Positions 6,780 to 16,065 of a stretch of 16,065 nucleotides of DNA are shown one piece after another. The stretch lies in assembly GCA_030141605.1 (NCBI GenBank), contig JAQGDQ010002431.1, positions 1 to 16,065 on the forward strand, written 5' to 3'. The notes beneath the pieces are model-generated. The model saw only the letters and a list, made by a program, of their open reading frames with translations, was not told the DNA's origin and searched no databases. Numbering within the stretch: position 1 is the first letter of the stretch; each line of letters starts with the position of its first letter. The translations under genes were made by a program, and so were the position numbers. Source of the DNA: Tubiluchus corallicola. Its lineage: Eukaryota; Animalia; Priapulida.

Positions 6780-9700
6780 TCTCCTATTTTTATGATATTG
6801 CCTAAGTGGTTTACTCTTACTTTTGTAAGCCTATGTAAGTGTTGGTTAGACTGAATTTGTTCCCAAGTAATGCCTCTTAGTTCTTTATCGTTTCTATTTA
6901 CCGTAGTTTCTAAATGGTGTCTAAACATAATATCAAATGCTCCTGATTTTTTTTTACTCATTTTTTGTAGTCTGAATAGTTTTTTACTTATTATAGGGCG
7001 GTTGTCAGTATGAAAGAAATCTATATCTTCAGGTTTTAGGTCAAACACAAATAGGTCGTTTATTTGCATAGAGTATTGAAATTCTCCTTTTTCGGTATCT
7101 CGTCTGTCTATCACAGTGGTGAGTTTTCCGTTGTTTGCTTCTATATTTTGCTTGGCTATATTTACGGCATCAAAAAATGGAACAACTTTTTCTATATATT
7201 TACCTTCCTCACTTTTGTAAATAAGTGCATGGTGGTTGCCTCCTTTGGCTACAAAGTCTATGTTCTTCCCTTTTTCGTTTTTACGCAGTGATATAAGTTT
7301 ACTATTTTCGAATACTTTAACCGATTTTATCTCTATTTCTTTTTTCTTGTTGAGCCACAAGGGGTTTTCACCTAGGTCTTTAAAGGCTTCTTTTACGTTT
7401 CCTTCGTAAGAGGCTATTCGGTCTTCTACTATCTCTTTTATTTGGGAATCTACTATCTTTTGCACCTGTGCAGGGGTGATACTACTAAGAGAAGTACGCT
7501 TGGTGTATGTCTCCTCCCATATAGTTACTTGTGCAATAGGCTTGTCTTTATAAAGTAGGGGCTTTTTCTTCAATGTGGCTGAAGAAAAGGCTTTTTTAGG
7601 GTCGTTGTTGTGTTTGGCTAAATGGTCTTTTACCAGTTGTTTGATGTGTTCATCAGCAATATTTTCTGTAAGTTTAAAGCTGGGTTTGAGGGCTACTTTC
7701 TTGTATTTTTTTACTTTACCCATTATGGTTTCCTCGTGCAGTCTACCCCGTGGTGTCCAGCATATTTGTGGAGGTTTTATTTCTTTTGTTTTAATTTTGT
7801 TGATGTTTTTACTCATTACTTTAGACTTGCCTTTTTTGAAGGAGATAAATATACTTTCAAGGTGCTTTTCTGCTTCTTTTCTAAGGTTAGGCATAGGACG
7901 TGGGTAGTTAAAGCCTTCGAGTTCTGCATACGATTTTAGGTTAAATTCTTTTTCCTCCAACAATTTTTTCTTTTGCTCTTGGGTTAAGTTGCCTTTTTTT
8001 TCTTGATAAATTTTGTTTAAGTTATTGAGTTTAAAAATTATTTTTTGGTCGGTCAATGCACATATCAAGGCATCTATAGCGTGGTGTCGGTGGTCGTCTC
8101 TTTTTGTCCAATTCACTATATCCCATACATTTTTTGGTCTCCCCTCTTTGTCTTTTATTTTTCTTTGTACTACCTGTCCTTTTTCTTTGTATTTGGGGAA
8201 ATTAATTTCTCTCATCAGTTCATTCAATCCCCACTCTCTACGTAAAAAGTCCGTTATTTGCCCTGTAGTAGTTAATACTTTGGGACATATTTGCTTCAGC
8301 ATTTTTACGGTTTCTTTGGCTATGTATTGTGTGTCTTTCAACATTCTTTCCACAAAGTCTTCAGGTATTTCTTCTCCTTTGGTCATTAGATTGTTAAATT
8401 TGGTTTTGCTAATTTTTCCTTTGCCATTTTTGTATAGTTCGTTCACTGTTTCTATATATTGTGTAAGGGCTTGTTCGCCTTTATTCTTCATAAAATCGTA
8501 GGCAGTATGTTGATCTTTGCTTCTGTTACACTCTCTATGTGCTATGATGTAATTACTAAGCGAATTGTTGAAAGAGCGCGATTTGGGTATGATGTGTTCT
8601 ATTTCTGCAAGTCCTTGTATCATATCTGTTTTACTAATGGTTCGAAAGCAGTATAAACATTGCTTATTGGTTTCTTCCCATAATTTGTATCTTTTTACAT
8701 CTCTACCGTTTACTATTCTGTAATTGTATTCATCTTCCAGGGTTTGTCTTATTTCTTCGTTTTCTCTTTTATTTTTTGAGTTTAATTTCGTTATTTGGCT
8801 TCTGGTTTTGGCATTGTTTTTTAGTTCTCGGGCAAGCTCTACACGTATTTCGTCTATTTTTCCGTGTTCCTCTATTATTTGGTTCACCACATTTACTACT
8901 TGGTTGAGCAGTTGTTCTATCACAGGATTGCGTAAACTGTTGGGAGCTACTGGGTCTAATTTTTCTTTGAGTTCTACTTCTTTGGTTTTATAGCCTACTC
9001 GGTCGCAGGCTTCGTTGTACATTAGTCCATCTTGCAAATGAGGCAATAGTTTTCTAATGGCTTTGGTAGACAATCTACCATAGTCGGAGGTATAACCTAC
9101 ATTGTCGGCTATGACTTGTGCTTGTTCTTTAGTAAAATCAAAGCGTTTTACTAAAGTATTAACTACGTCTTTCTCCGAAGGCAAAGAGTAAGTAATATGC
9201 CATAGTTCGAACAATCCTCCTTTTTCATCATTCTTAGTGGGGTCGAACCCAAGATATGGACTTGTGTTTTTTATGCCTGCTTTTACTAAGGCTTTTTTTA
9301 AGGTATTGTATGTTTTTGCTCCGTCTAATTCTTTATAGTTGATGTACCATTTTTTGTTGTATCCAAGTGTTTCTAATATTTTTGTTTCGGTTAGTCTACT
9401 TTGGGCATTTGTATTTTTGCATTGGAATAAAGCGTCGAACAGTTCTTTTTTTTGTTCGTTGCTGGGCGATAATTTTTCTCCTGCATAGTTTGTAACTTCT
9501 ATATTGTTGATTTGCTGCCATATTCTAAACATTTCAAAATAAGGTGAGCTTTTAGGCGTTGCTTTACATCCTTTCTCAAACTGGCAGTCAGAAACCAATC
9601 CTTTTTGGCTTTTAAGAGGACGTTGGTAGAATATGGTTTGCTTTACAAAGGTTTCTTTGAGTTTCTCTGTCAAAACATTGGGGTAAAATTGCTTTTGGGT

Positions 9701-10381
9701 TTCCCATATTTTGTCAAATTCTTTTTGGTAAGAGGTTCTGAAATAAGGGCGGTTTCTTATTCTTTCTTCTTCGCGGGTTTTCTTAGCTGATAGTCGCTTT
9801 CTTATTTTTTCTTTTTCTTCGTCTGAGGTTTCATTATCTTGTAGTAGAGAGTAAAGATAAAGAACTCGCCCTATAGTTCTGACTTCTCCTGTTTTCTTAT
9901 CTATCAGTTCTTTTTCCAGTTCTGCTATTCTTTTCTTATAATCTGTTTCTTTTTCTTCTTTGTTCTGGGCTTTTCTGTTGCTTAAAAATCCTCTTCTTTG
10001 GTTGAGGTGTATAAATACTCGCCCTATTTCTTCGAGCGAGAGTTTTTTTTCTACTGCCTTGTCTCTTAGTTTGTAAAGTTGTATTGTGGTAGGTTCTATA
10101 AGTAGTTTTTCAGAAGGGAACATATTATTTTCTTTTAATATGTTGTACAGGTTCTTTTTTCTAAGTTTATGCCTTTGGTTGTTTCTTCTAGCTCCTCTTT
10201 TTGCTGTTCTTTCTGCATTTTTGCTTGCCGTGTTTCCTTGGTAAAAGTTGCCGTGAAAATCTGGGTCTTCTGGAACAATACGCACTGCAAGTTTTTCTAT
10301 TTCCCTTTTAGAGCCTTCTTCTTTTATCAATGCTGCCCCCACAGAACTAACGCCCAAGTCTAAGCCTAAAATTTTTTTCAT
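6776..10381 (-). CDS. cas9: Type II-C CRISPR RNA-guided endonuclease Cas9 (1201 aa)
   Basis: RuvC-I ILGLDLGVSSVG, Arg-rich bridge helix, RuvC-II IRVELAREL, HNH EIEHIIPKS...N...HRECNRSK, RuvC-III DHRHHAIDA. No csn2 or cas4 in the operon. Confidence 0.98.
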   Translation of the reverse strand: MKKILGLDLGVSSVGAALIKEEGSKREIEKLAVRIVPEDPDFHGNFYQGNTASKNAERTAKRGARRNNQRHKLRKKNLYNILKENNMFPSEKLLIEPTTIQLYKLRDKAVEKKLSLEEIGRVFIHLNQRRGFLSNRKAQNKEEKETDYKKRIAELEKELIDKKTGEVRTIGRVLYLYSLLQDNETSDEEKEKIRKRLSAKKTREEERIRNRPYFRTSYQKEFDKIWETQKQFYPNVLTEKLKETFVKQTIFYQRPLKSQKGLVSDCQFEKGCKATPKSSPYFEMFRIWQQINNIEVTNYAGEKLSPSNEQKKELFDALFQCKNTNAQSRLTETKILETLGYNKKWYINYKELDGAKTYNTLKKALVKAGIKNTSPYLGFDPTKNDEKGGLFELWHITYSLPSEKDVVNTLVKRFDFTKEQAQVIADNVGYTSDYGRLSTKAIRKLLPHLQDGLMYNEACDRVGYKTKEVELKEKLDPVAPNSLRNPVIEQLLNQVVNVVNQIIEEHGKIDEIRVELARELKNNAKTRSQITKLNSKNKRENEEIRQTLEDEYNYRIVNGRDVKRYKLWEETNKQCLYCFRTISKTDMIQGLAEIEHIIPKSRSFNNSLSNYIIAHRECNRSKDQHTAYDFMKNKGEQALTQYIETVNELYKNGKGKISKTKFNNLMTKGEEIPEDFVERMLKDTQYIAKETVKMLKQICPKVLTTTGQITDFLRREWGLNELMREINFPKYKEKGQVVQRKIKDKEGRPKNVWDIVNWTKRDDHRHHAIDALICALTDQKIIFKLNNLNKIYQEKKGNLTQEQKKKLLEEKEFNLKSYAELEGFNYPRPMPNLRKEAEKHLESIFISFKKGKSKVMSKNINKIKTKEIKPPQICWTPRGRLHEETIMGKVKKYKKVALKPSFKLTENIADEHIKQLVKDHLAKHNNDPKKAFSSATLKKKPLLYKDKPIAQVTIWEETYTKRTSLSSITPAQVQKIVDSQIKEIVEDRIASYEGNVKEAFKDLGENPLWLNKKKEIEIKSVKVFENSKLISLRKNEKGKNIDFVAKGGNHHALIYKSEEGKYIEKVVPFFDAVNIAKQNIEANNGKLTTVIDRRDTEKGEFQYSMQINDLFVFDLKPEDIDFFHTDNRPIISKKLFRLQKMSKKKSGAFDIMFRHHLETTVNRNDKELRGITWEQIQSNQHLHRLTKVRVNHLGNIIKIGE

Positions 10382-10386
10382 TTTTT

Positions 10387-10417
10387 TTTGTTTTTATCTT
10401 TTAAGTTTCTATCTTTG
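10387..10417 (+). promoter_or_regulatory. Putative tracrRNA promoter
   Basis: TTTG (10387-10390), N19, TATCTTTG (10410-10417), immediately before the anti-repeat. Confidence 0.65.
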
Positions 10418-10418
10418 T

Positions 10419-10490
10419 AGAGCAATTCACAATAACGGATTATTCCGTTGTGAAAACATTCAGGGCGGTATTAACTATCGCCCTTTTTTT
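10419..10490 (+). ncRNA. tracrRNA
   Basis: Anti-repeat AGAGCAATTCACAAT pairs with repeat nt 1-15 (two G-U), followed by hairpin AACGGA-TTAT-TCCGTT and terminator AGGGCGGTA-TTAAC-TATCGCCCT-T6. Ends are approximate. Confidence 0.88.
10462..10490 (+). terminator. Intrinsic terminator of tracrRNA
   Basis: 9-bp stem with one G-U pair and a 5-nt loop, then a T tract. Confidence 0.8.
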
Positions 10491-10501
10491 GTTTTATTCA
10501 T

Positions 10502-10534
10502 CAAATATAATACAAAAAAGATAATTTTTACAAA
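10502..10534 (-). promoter_or_regulatory. Putative cas9-cas1-cas2 promoter
   Basis: Minus strand TTTG (10534-10531), N21, TATATTTG (10509-10502). Confidence 0.6.
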
Positions 10535-10693
10535 AAAAATACCATAACTGTTGTGGTGTTTATTTTTCCTTAAATTTCCTTCCTCCTCCTTAAAAAAAGA
10601 AGAGAACTCTGATTGCTCAAAACCCTATAAACATTGATATTCTTAAATGTTTTGTTAAAGTGGCTTAAAGAAAAGATTGACAAGTGAGAAAAG

Positions 10694-10764
10694 CTGACCT
10701 ACAAGGACTCGAACCTTGACTTACAGAACCAAAATCTGCTGTGCTACCATTACACCATAGGTCA
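10694..10764 (-). tRNA. tRNA-Gln (TTG), CCA not encoded
   Basis: Acceptor stem TGACCTA/TAGGTCA, D arm GTGTAATGGTAGCAC, anticodon arm GCAGA-TTTTGGT-TCTGT, T arm CAAGG-TTCGAGT-CCTTG. Upstream promoter TTTG-N20-TACTTTTG (10812-10781). Confidence 0.95.
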
Positions 10765-10817
10765 GTCTGTTTTGAAAGTGCAAAAGTAATTTTTTTACCT
10801 CAAATTAGCAAATAAAT

Positions 10818-11567
10818 TTACAATTGTTTTATGCTCTCTTTAGAATAAACAATATTCATTAGAAACAATCCCTTTGCAGGTACTGATGCTCCAGCCCCTC
10901 TCCTATCCTTTCGCTCAATAACTTTTTTAAACTCATCTATACCCATTCGCCCATACCCTACTTCTAAACACGTTCCTACAATAGCCCGCACCATATTACG
11001 TAAAAAACGATTTGCCTTTATGGTAAAAACAATTTTAGTAGCCTTATCCTTCCATTGTGCTTCTATTATCTTGCAATTATTGTTTTTTACATCTGTACCC
11101 GTTTTACTAAAACTTGTAAAATCGCTATAATAAAACAAACACTCGCAGGCTTTGTTCATTTTTTCAATATTAGGAACTCTTGCCAAGTAGTGTGCATAGT
11201 CATACTCAAAAGGGTCTTTACGTTTCAAAATATGATATTCATAAGTACGATAAAGCGCATCGAACCTACTATGCAGTTTATTGTCTACCTTATAAACTCT
11301 ATATATTGCAATGTCATTAGGCAATAGGGCATTTAGCTGATAAACAAATTTTTCATTGTTTAATTCAACATTTGTATTAAAATGAGCAAAAAAATATTTA
11401 GAATGAACCCCTGTATCCGTCCTTCCTGCTCCTGTTATATCAACTTTTTCTTGCAACAAAATAGTCATAGCCTTTTGCAATACTCCTTGCACAGTAGTGG
11501 CATTAGGTTGTATTTGCCATCCATGGTAATTTGTGCCTTTATAAGCCATTTCTATAAAATATCTCAC
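10818..11567 (-). CDS. truA: tRNA pseudouridine(38-40) synthase
   Basis: YKGTNYHGWQIQ, GAGRTDTGVH and ANRFLRNMVRAIVG motifs. Confidence 0.96.
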   Translation of the reverse strand: MRYFIEMAYKGTNYHGWQIQPNATTVQGVLQKAMTILLQEKVDITGAGRTDTGVHSKYFFAHFNTNVELNNEKFVYQLNALLPNDIAIYRVYKVDNKLHSRFDALYRTYEYHILKRKDPFEYDYAHYLARVPNIEKMNKACECLFYYSDFTSFSKTGTDVKNNNCKIIEAQWKDKATKIVFTIKANRFLRNMVRAIVGTCLEVGYGRMGIDEFKKVIERKDRRGAGASVPAKGLFLMNIVYSKESIKQL

Positions 11568-11671
11568 TTGCCAAAAAATAAAAATTTATATTATACAAAA
11601 ATAACAATTTCAAAACACAATCATTTTTCATAAATTTGCATAATTTTCAAACCCACACAAAAGAAGAAAAA

Positions 11672-13147
11672 ATGCCAAATAATAAAATTATAGGAGAAAG
11701 CCTCACTTTCGATGATGTATTATTAGTTCCTGCGTACTCCGAAGTTCTTCCACATCAAGTGGATATAAGTAGCAAGCTAACTCGAGGTATTACTCTCAAC
11801 ACTCCTATCGTATCAGCAGCAATGGACACCGTAACCGAAGCCAAACTTGCCATAGCCATAGCCCGAGAAGGCGGAATAGGAATTATTCACAAGAATATGA
11901 CCATCAAAGAACAAGCCCGACAAGTAAAAATAGTAAAGCGGGCTGAAAATGGTATGATATACAACCCTGTTACAATCAGAAAAGAAAAAAAGGTAGAAGA
12001 TGTTATCTATCTAATGAAGAAGTACAAAATTAGTGGTATCCCCGTTGTAGATTCAGAAAACACTTTGGTAGGTATAGTAACTAACAGAGACTTACGCACC
12101 CAGCACCAGATGGACAAACCTGTGAAAGAAATAATGACCAAGGAAAACCTAATTACAACAGGTGAAAGCACCTCGCTTAGTAAAGCTATAGAAATACTAC
12201 AAAAAAACAAAATAGAAAAATTGCCAGTAGTAAATGAAAATAATAAACTTATTAGCCTTGTAACCTATAAAGATATAGAAAAAGCCAAAGACAAACCTAA
12301 CGCCTGTAAAGACAGTAGTGGAAGGCTAAGAGTAGCTGCTGCGGTAGGAATAACTGAAGATACACATAAAAGGATAGAAGCACTTATCGCCGCAGATGTG
12401 GACGCTATAACTATAGATACCGCTCACGGACATTCAAAAAGAGTGATAGACACATTAAAAGAAATAAGAAAAACATACCCCAAAGTTAACCTCATAGTAG
12501 GCAACATAGCAACTAAAGGAGCAGCCAAGGCACTTGCAGATGCAGGAGCAGATGCTATAAAAGTGGGTATAGGACCTGGTTCTATTTGCACCACAAGAAT
12601 AATTGCAGGTATAGGAATACCACAGCTAACAGCTATACTCGATGTGTGTGAATATCTAAAAAACACTGACATACCCATCATAGCCGATGGAGGCCTACGC
12701 TATTCAGGAGATATAGTAAAAGCCCTTGCAGCAGGTGCCAGCTCTGTGATGGCAGGTTCACTATTTGCAGGAGTAGAAGAGTCGCCAGGCGAAACCATTA
12801 TATACAACGGAAGAAAATTCAAGTCATATAGAGGAATGGGGTCTATCGAAGCAATGCAATCAGGTTCAAAAGATAGGTATTTCCAAGATATGGAAGTAGA
12901 TGCAAAAAAACTTGTCCCAGAAGGAATTGCGGCACGAGTCCCTTATAAAGGCACACTATATGAAGTTATCTACCAACTACTTGGAGGGCTTAGAGCAGGA
13001 ATGGGATACTGTGGAACCAAAGATATAGAACAACTTCACAACGCACAGTTCATAAAGGTGAGCAACGCTGGAATAGTAGAAGGACACCCCCACGATATTG
13101 CTATTACCAGAGAAGCCCCAAATTATAGCAAAGAAAACATTAACTAA
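11672..13147 (+). CDS. guaB: IMP dehydrogenase (with CBS pair)
   Basis: [30 protein letters not shown] and YRGMGS motifs. Start moved to ATG 11672 because the track's TTG at 11636 lies inside the promoter motif TAAATTTG (11631-11638). Confidence 0.96.
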   Translation: MPNNKIIGESLTFDDVLLVPAYSEVLPHQVDISSKLTRGITLNTPIVSAAMDTVTEAKLAIAIAREGGIGIIHKNMTIKEQARQVKIVKRAENGMIYNPVTIRKEKKVEDVIYLMKKYKISGIPVVDSENTLVGIVTNRDLRTQHQMDKPVKEIMTKENLITTGESTSLSKAIEILQKNKIEKLPVVNENNKLISLVTYKDIEKAKDKPNACKDSSGRLRVAAAVGITEDTHKRIEALIAADVDAITIDTAHGHSKRVIDTLKEIRKTYPKVNLIVGNIATKGAAKALADAGADAIKVGIGPGSICTTRIIAGIGIPQLTAILDVCEYLKNTDIPIIADGGLRYSGDIVKALAAGASSVMAGSLFAGVEESPGETIIYNGRKFKSYRGMGSIEAMQSGSKDRYFQDMEVDAKKLVPEGIAARVPYKGTLYEVIYQLLGGLRAGMGYCGTKDIEQLHNAQFIKVSNAGIVEGHPHDIAITREAPNYSKENIN

Positions 13148-13446
13148 GAGCAATATATTAGAAAAATAAAAAGAGAAGTAGTATAAATAATACTAATTTT
13201 TCTGTATTTCAAATACAAAAATCGTAAAATTAAAATTCTTTTATGCTGGAAACAATAGCAATGCTATCTGATACAACTTTCAACTAAATTGAAAGAAGTA
13301 GAAACTATATAGTTTTCGTCTCAATAAAAATCAACAAATTGCTGGTAATTTATATCGCTTTTACAAACTTAGAGAAACACTAAGCATTGCAAACACAAGT
13401 ATTGAAACATTAAAACTATAAATTATTACACCCTGCTTTTGTCTCT

Positions 13447-13926
13447 TTACTTCCTATTCAACAAAGCAACAGCATAAGCAGATACTCCTTTTTCTACTCC
13501 TACAAAACCCAAGCCTTCCGTAGTTGTTGCCTTTATAGAAATATCCTCTATATCTATTTCAAGCACCTTGGCAACACATTCTCGCATATCCAATATTTTA
13601 TCTTTTAGTTTTGGGACTTCCAAGCAAATAGTACAGTCAATATTACCAATTTCATAGCCCTTTTCAGACACTTTTTCAAAAACTGTTCGCAATAATTTCT
13701 TGCTATCTGCATCTTTGTATTCTTCAGACGAATCAGGAAAATGAAAACCAATATCACGAAGACTGGCAGCACCTAACAAAGCATCGCAAATAGAATGCAA
13801 CAAAACATCGGCATCAGAATGACCAACAGCACCCTTAGAATGCTTTACTCGCACACCTCCTATATAAAAACTTTCTCCCGCAGCCAGTCTATGGACATCA
13901 TAACCAAAACCAACTTTTATCTTCAT
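13447..13926 (-). CDS. ispF: 2-C-methyl-D-erythritol 2,4-cyclodiphosphate synthase
   Basis: MKIKVGFGYDVH, GHSDADVLLHSICDALLGA, DIGFHFPD and IKATTTEGLGF motifs. Start placed at MKIKVG. Confidence 0.95.
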   Translation of the reverse strand: MKIKVGFGYDVHRLAAGESFYIGGVRVKHSKGAVGHSDADVLLHSICDALLGAASLRDIGFHFPDSSEEYKDADSKKLLRTVFEKVSEKGYEIGNIDCTICLEVPKLKDKILDMRECVAKVLEIDIEDISIKATTTEGLGFVGVEKGVSAYAVALLNRK

Positions 13927-13936
13927 AACAGTTTCC

Positions 13937-15064
13937 TTATATCGCATCACCTATATCAAACAGCAAAGAAAACCTTAACGTATTAGCCAAAGGACTATTA
14001 CGTACCACAGGAGCTAAGTAAGAAATATCTAAGCCCAAAAATTGATACCGGATACCTATACCCATCGAAATAAACTTTCTATCACCTTTATTAGCATTTT
14101 CGTGGAAATAGCCCATTCTAATTGCTAGCTGCTCAGTATACCAATATTCAGCACCCATAGAAATTTGAATTTCCTGCAATTCTTCCTTTAATCCACCAGG
14201 GGCATCGCTAAAAGATTTAAAAACCCCCGCAATAGAAGAATACTCCGTTCCTGTGGTATCACTTAGAGGAACCAAAAGTTTATTGAAATCAATGGAAAAA
14301 CTTAGTTTATTATGCTCATCTATTTCTATTTCCCAACCCGCTCCCAATCTTAGATTAGTCGGGATATAATCCTCATCACCATTGGAATAAGTTATTTTTG
14401 TTCCTAAGTTACTAATACTTGCGCCAAAAGAAAATGTAGTTCTCAAATTACCAAGATCAACATCTGGATTTGCATAGTAAAAACCTAAATCTGAAGCGAA
14501 CGCATTACCTGTACCAGGACCTGCACTATTTTCAGTAATATTGACATCCAAAACATTAGAATGCACATATCTAATGCCGACTCCCAAAGAAATTTTATCC
14601 GACAAAGCCATAGAGTAAGAAACATCTAAAGCATATTCCGTCGGACTGCTTTTACCTACTAAACTTCCGTCCGCATCTCTAAACTCAATACTACCTAAAG
14701 AAAAATGACGAAAAGAGCCTGCCACAGCAGAACGCTCGTTAATCTTGTAATACCCCACTAAGTAACCCATATTAATATCCCGAACAATATTTCTTAACCA
14801 AGGCACTAATGAAAAAGAAACTCCAGCCTCACTCTCTATAAAGGCATATTTAGCTACATTCCAATGTTGAGAATTAATATCAGGAGCAGTGGCTACACCC
14901 ACTTCGCCCATACCCGCAGCACGAGAATCAGGAGCAATAGCTAAAAAAGGCACTCCTGTAGTAACTCCAGTGCGTCCGGACAAAGATACATCGCCGTCCT
15001 GAGATTTCACAATATCCAAATAGGAAAAAAGAAACAAGAAACTTAAAAGTATTACTTTTTTCAT
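13937..15064 (-). CDS. porV: Type IX secretion system outer-membrane beta-barrel PorV (LptO)
   Basis: N-terminal signal peptide, TTGVPFLAIAPDSRAAGMG, GAEYWY...RMGYFHE...KGDRK and SPLANTLRFSL motifs; porV-ispF adjacency is common in Bacteroidetes. Confidence 0.88.
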   Translation of the reverse strand: MKKVILLSFLFLFSYLDIVKSQDGDVSLSGRTGVTTGVPFLAIAPDSRAAGMGEVGVATAPDINSQHWNVAKYAFIESEAGVSFSLVPWLRNIVRDINMGYLVGYYKINERSAVAGSFRHFSLGSIEFRDADGSLVGKSSPTEYALDVSYSMALSDKISLGVGIRYVHSNVLDVNITENSAGPGTGNAFASDLGFYYANPDVDLGNLRTTFSFGASISNLGTKITYSNGDEDYIPTNLRLGAGWEIEIDEHNKLSFSIDFNKLLVPLSDTTGTEYSSIAGVFKSFSDAPGGLKEELQEIQISMGAEYWYTEQLAIRMGYFHENANKGDRKFISMGIGIRYQFLGLDISYLAPVVRNSPLANTLRFSLLFDIGDAI

Positions 15065-15438
15065 AACTACATAATTTGCTTGATAGATTTTTATGTCAAT
15101 AACATTATTTCTATTCTTGTCTTATTAAATTAATCTTTTATGAATAACTCCCGCTAGCAAAATGCTTGCTTTTAATTTCTCTACGTCTACAAAAAGTGTT
15201 AATTTCATTATAGGCCTTTTCTCTATCATCGCAGTATTTTGTTTTACATCTTCTTTTATAGCCACTGAAAGTTCTTGTACAATATTAACCAATATTTAAG
15301 AAATAGCTGCTTCCTTCTTAATTTTCTTTTACCTTACTTATTTTATATAATAAAAACAGTTTTAAGGGAATATTTTTTTATTTACTCTAATTTTAATCAT
15401 AGGCTTTTTACCTATACTTTAGCACGTTCACCCAAAAA

Positions 15439-15470
15439 TAAACACCTCTGAAAACTAAACACCTCTGAAA
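15439..15470. repeat. 15-bp direct repeat TAAACACCTCTGAAA x2 (17-bp period)
   Basis: Copies at 15439-15453 and 15456-15470 in the divergent porV/era intergenic region. Confidence 0.85.
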
Positions 15471-15772
15471 TAAATCCTTTAAAAATACTTGGCAGAATGA
15501 ATACAAAGACTATGTTTGCAAACCACAACTAGCTATCTTTTCGTTAGAGTACTCTTTTTTTCCTCCATATGGAATATAGCATTGATTCTATTTAAATTGG
15601 ACTTTCCACTTGTAAAAGTATATTACAAAAATTTAAAAAACAAATTTACTGTTTTTTTAAAACACACTAATCAGGAAAACAAATTTAAAACTCTTTCGAA
15701 AATACATACAACCTTATACAGAGTAAATACAAGGAAAAATTCACTAACTTTGTAGCAATAAGATAAAATGAA

Positions 15773-16065
15773 ATGATCCACAAAGCAGGTTTTGTAAATA
15801 TCATAGGCAATCCTAACGTAGGTAAATCAACTATAATGAACCTTCTAGTAGGAGAACAGCTTTCTATTATCACTTCCAAAGCACAAACAACACGTCACCG
15901 TATAATGGGGATTGTAAACCATAAAAACTATCAAATTATATATTCTGATACTCCTGGAATACTTAACCCTAAATACAAACTACAAGAAACAATGATGAGG
16001 TCTGTTAACACTGCCCTTATAGATGCCGACATTATATTGTATATTACAGATACAGTGGAAACAAT
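15773..16065 (+). CDS. era: GTPase Era, 5' part; runs off the window
   Basis: Manual translation [47 protein letters not shown]...YSDTPG. Promoter motif TAACTTTG at 15745-15752. Confidence 0.95.
   Translation, partial: MIHKAGFVNIIGNPNVGKSTIMNLLVGEQLSIITSKAQTTRHRIMGIVNHKNYQIIYSDTPGILNPKYKLQETMMRSVNTALIDADIILYITDTVET

Noticed and set aside
10604-10640. Loose similarity of the mini-array spacer to DNA upstream of the cas9 promoter
   Set aside because: Scattered short matches with no contiguous 3' seed, so no support for cas9 autorepression by this spacer.
10694-10720. tRNA-Gln 3' end as an integration site for the CRISPR locus
   Set aside because: No convincing duplicated tRNA end near 1300-1433 and no integrase in the window.
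13148-13446. Short palindromes between convergent guaB and ispF
   Set aside because: AT-only stems too weak to call a terminator or element.
13795-15879. ORFs 13795-13986, 15516-15755 and 15685-15879
   Set aside because: Shadows of ispF/porV and era, or low-complexity intergenic frames overlapping the era promoter.

Overview
Bacteroidota (Bacteroidetes)-type chromosomal window, judged from the porV-ispF pair and recurrent TAnnTTTG promoter motifs. It carries a complete type II-C CRISPR-Cas locus between a partial FAD-linked oxidoreductase gene and tRNA-Gln: cas9-cas1-cas2 on the minus strand, a tracrRNA upstream of cas9, and an array of 49 repeats (36 bp) and 48 spacers. Housekeeping genes follow: truA, guaB, ispF, porV and a partial era. 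The most unusual part is an ~790-bp cassette (4749-5534) between cas2 and the array. It is flanked by a decayed direct copy of the cas2 3' end. It contains (i) a promoter-led mini-array of two degenerate repeats, (ii) a convergent promoter ahead of a repeat-rich 65-aa ORF, and (iii) a 25-nt segment directly 5' of the first degenerate repeat that matches that ORF's predicted 5' UTR with a perfect 9-nt 3' seed. This arrangement resembles a Cas9-guided repression or CRISPR-regulated toxin-antitoxin (CreTA/scaRNA-like) module. That function is inferred, not shown.
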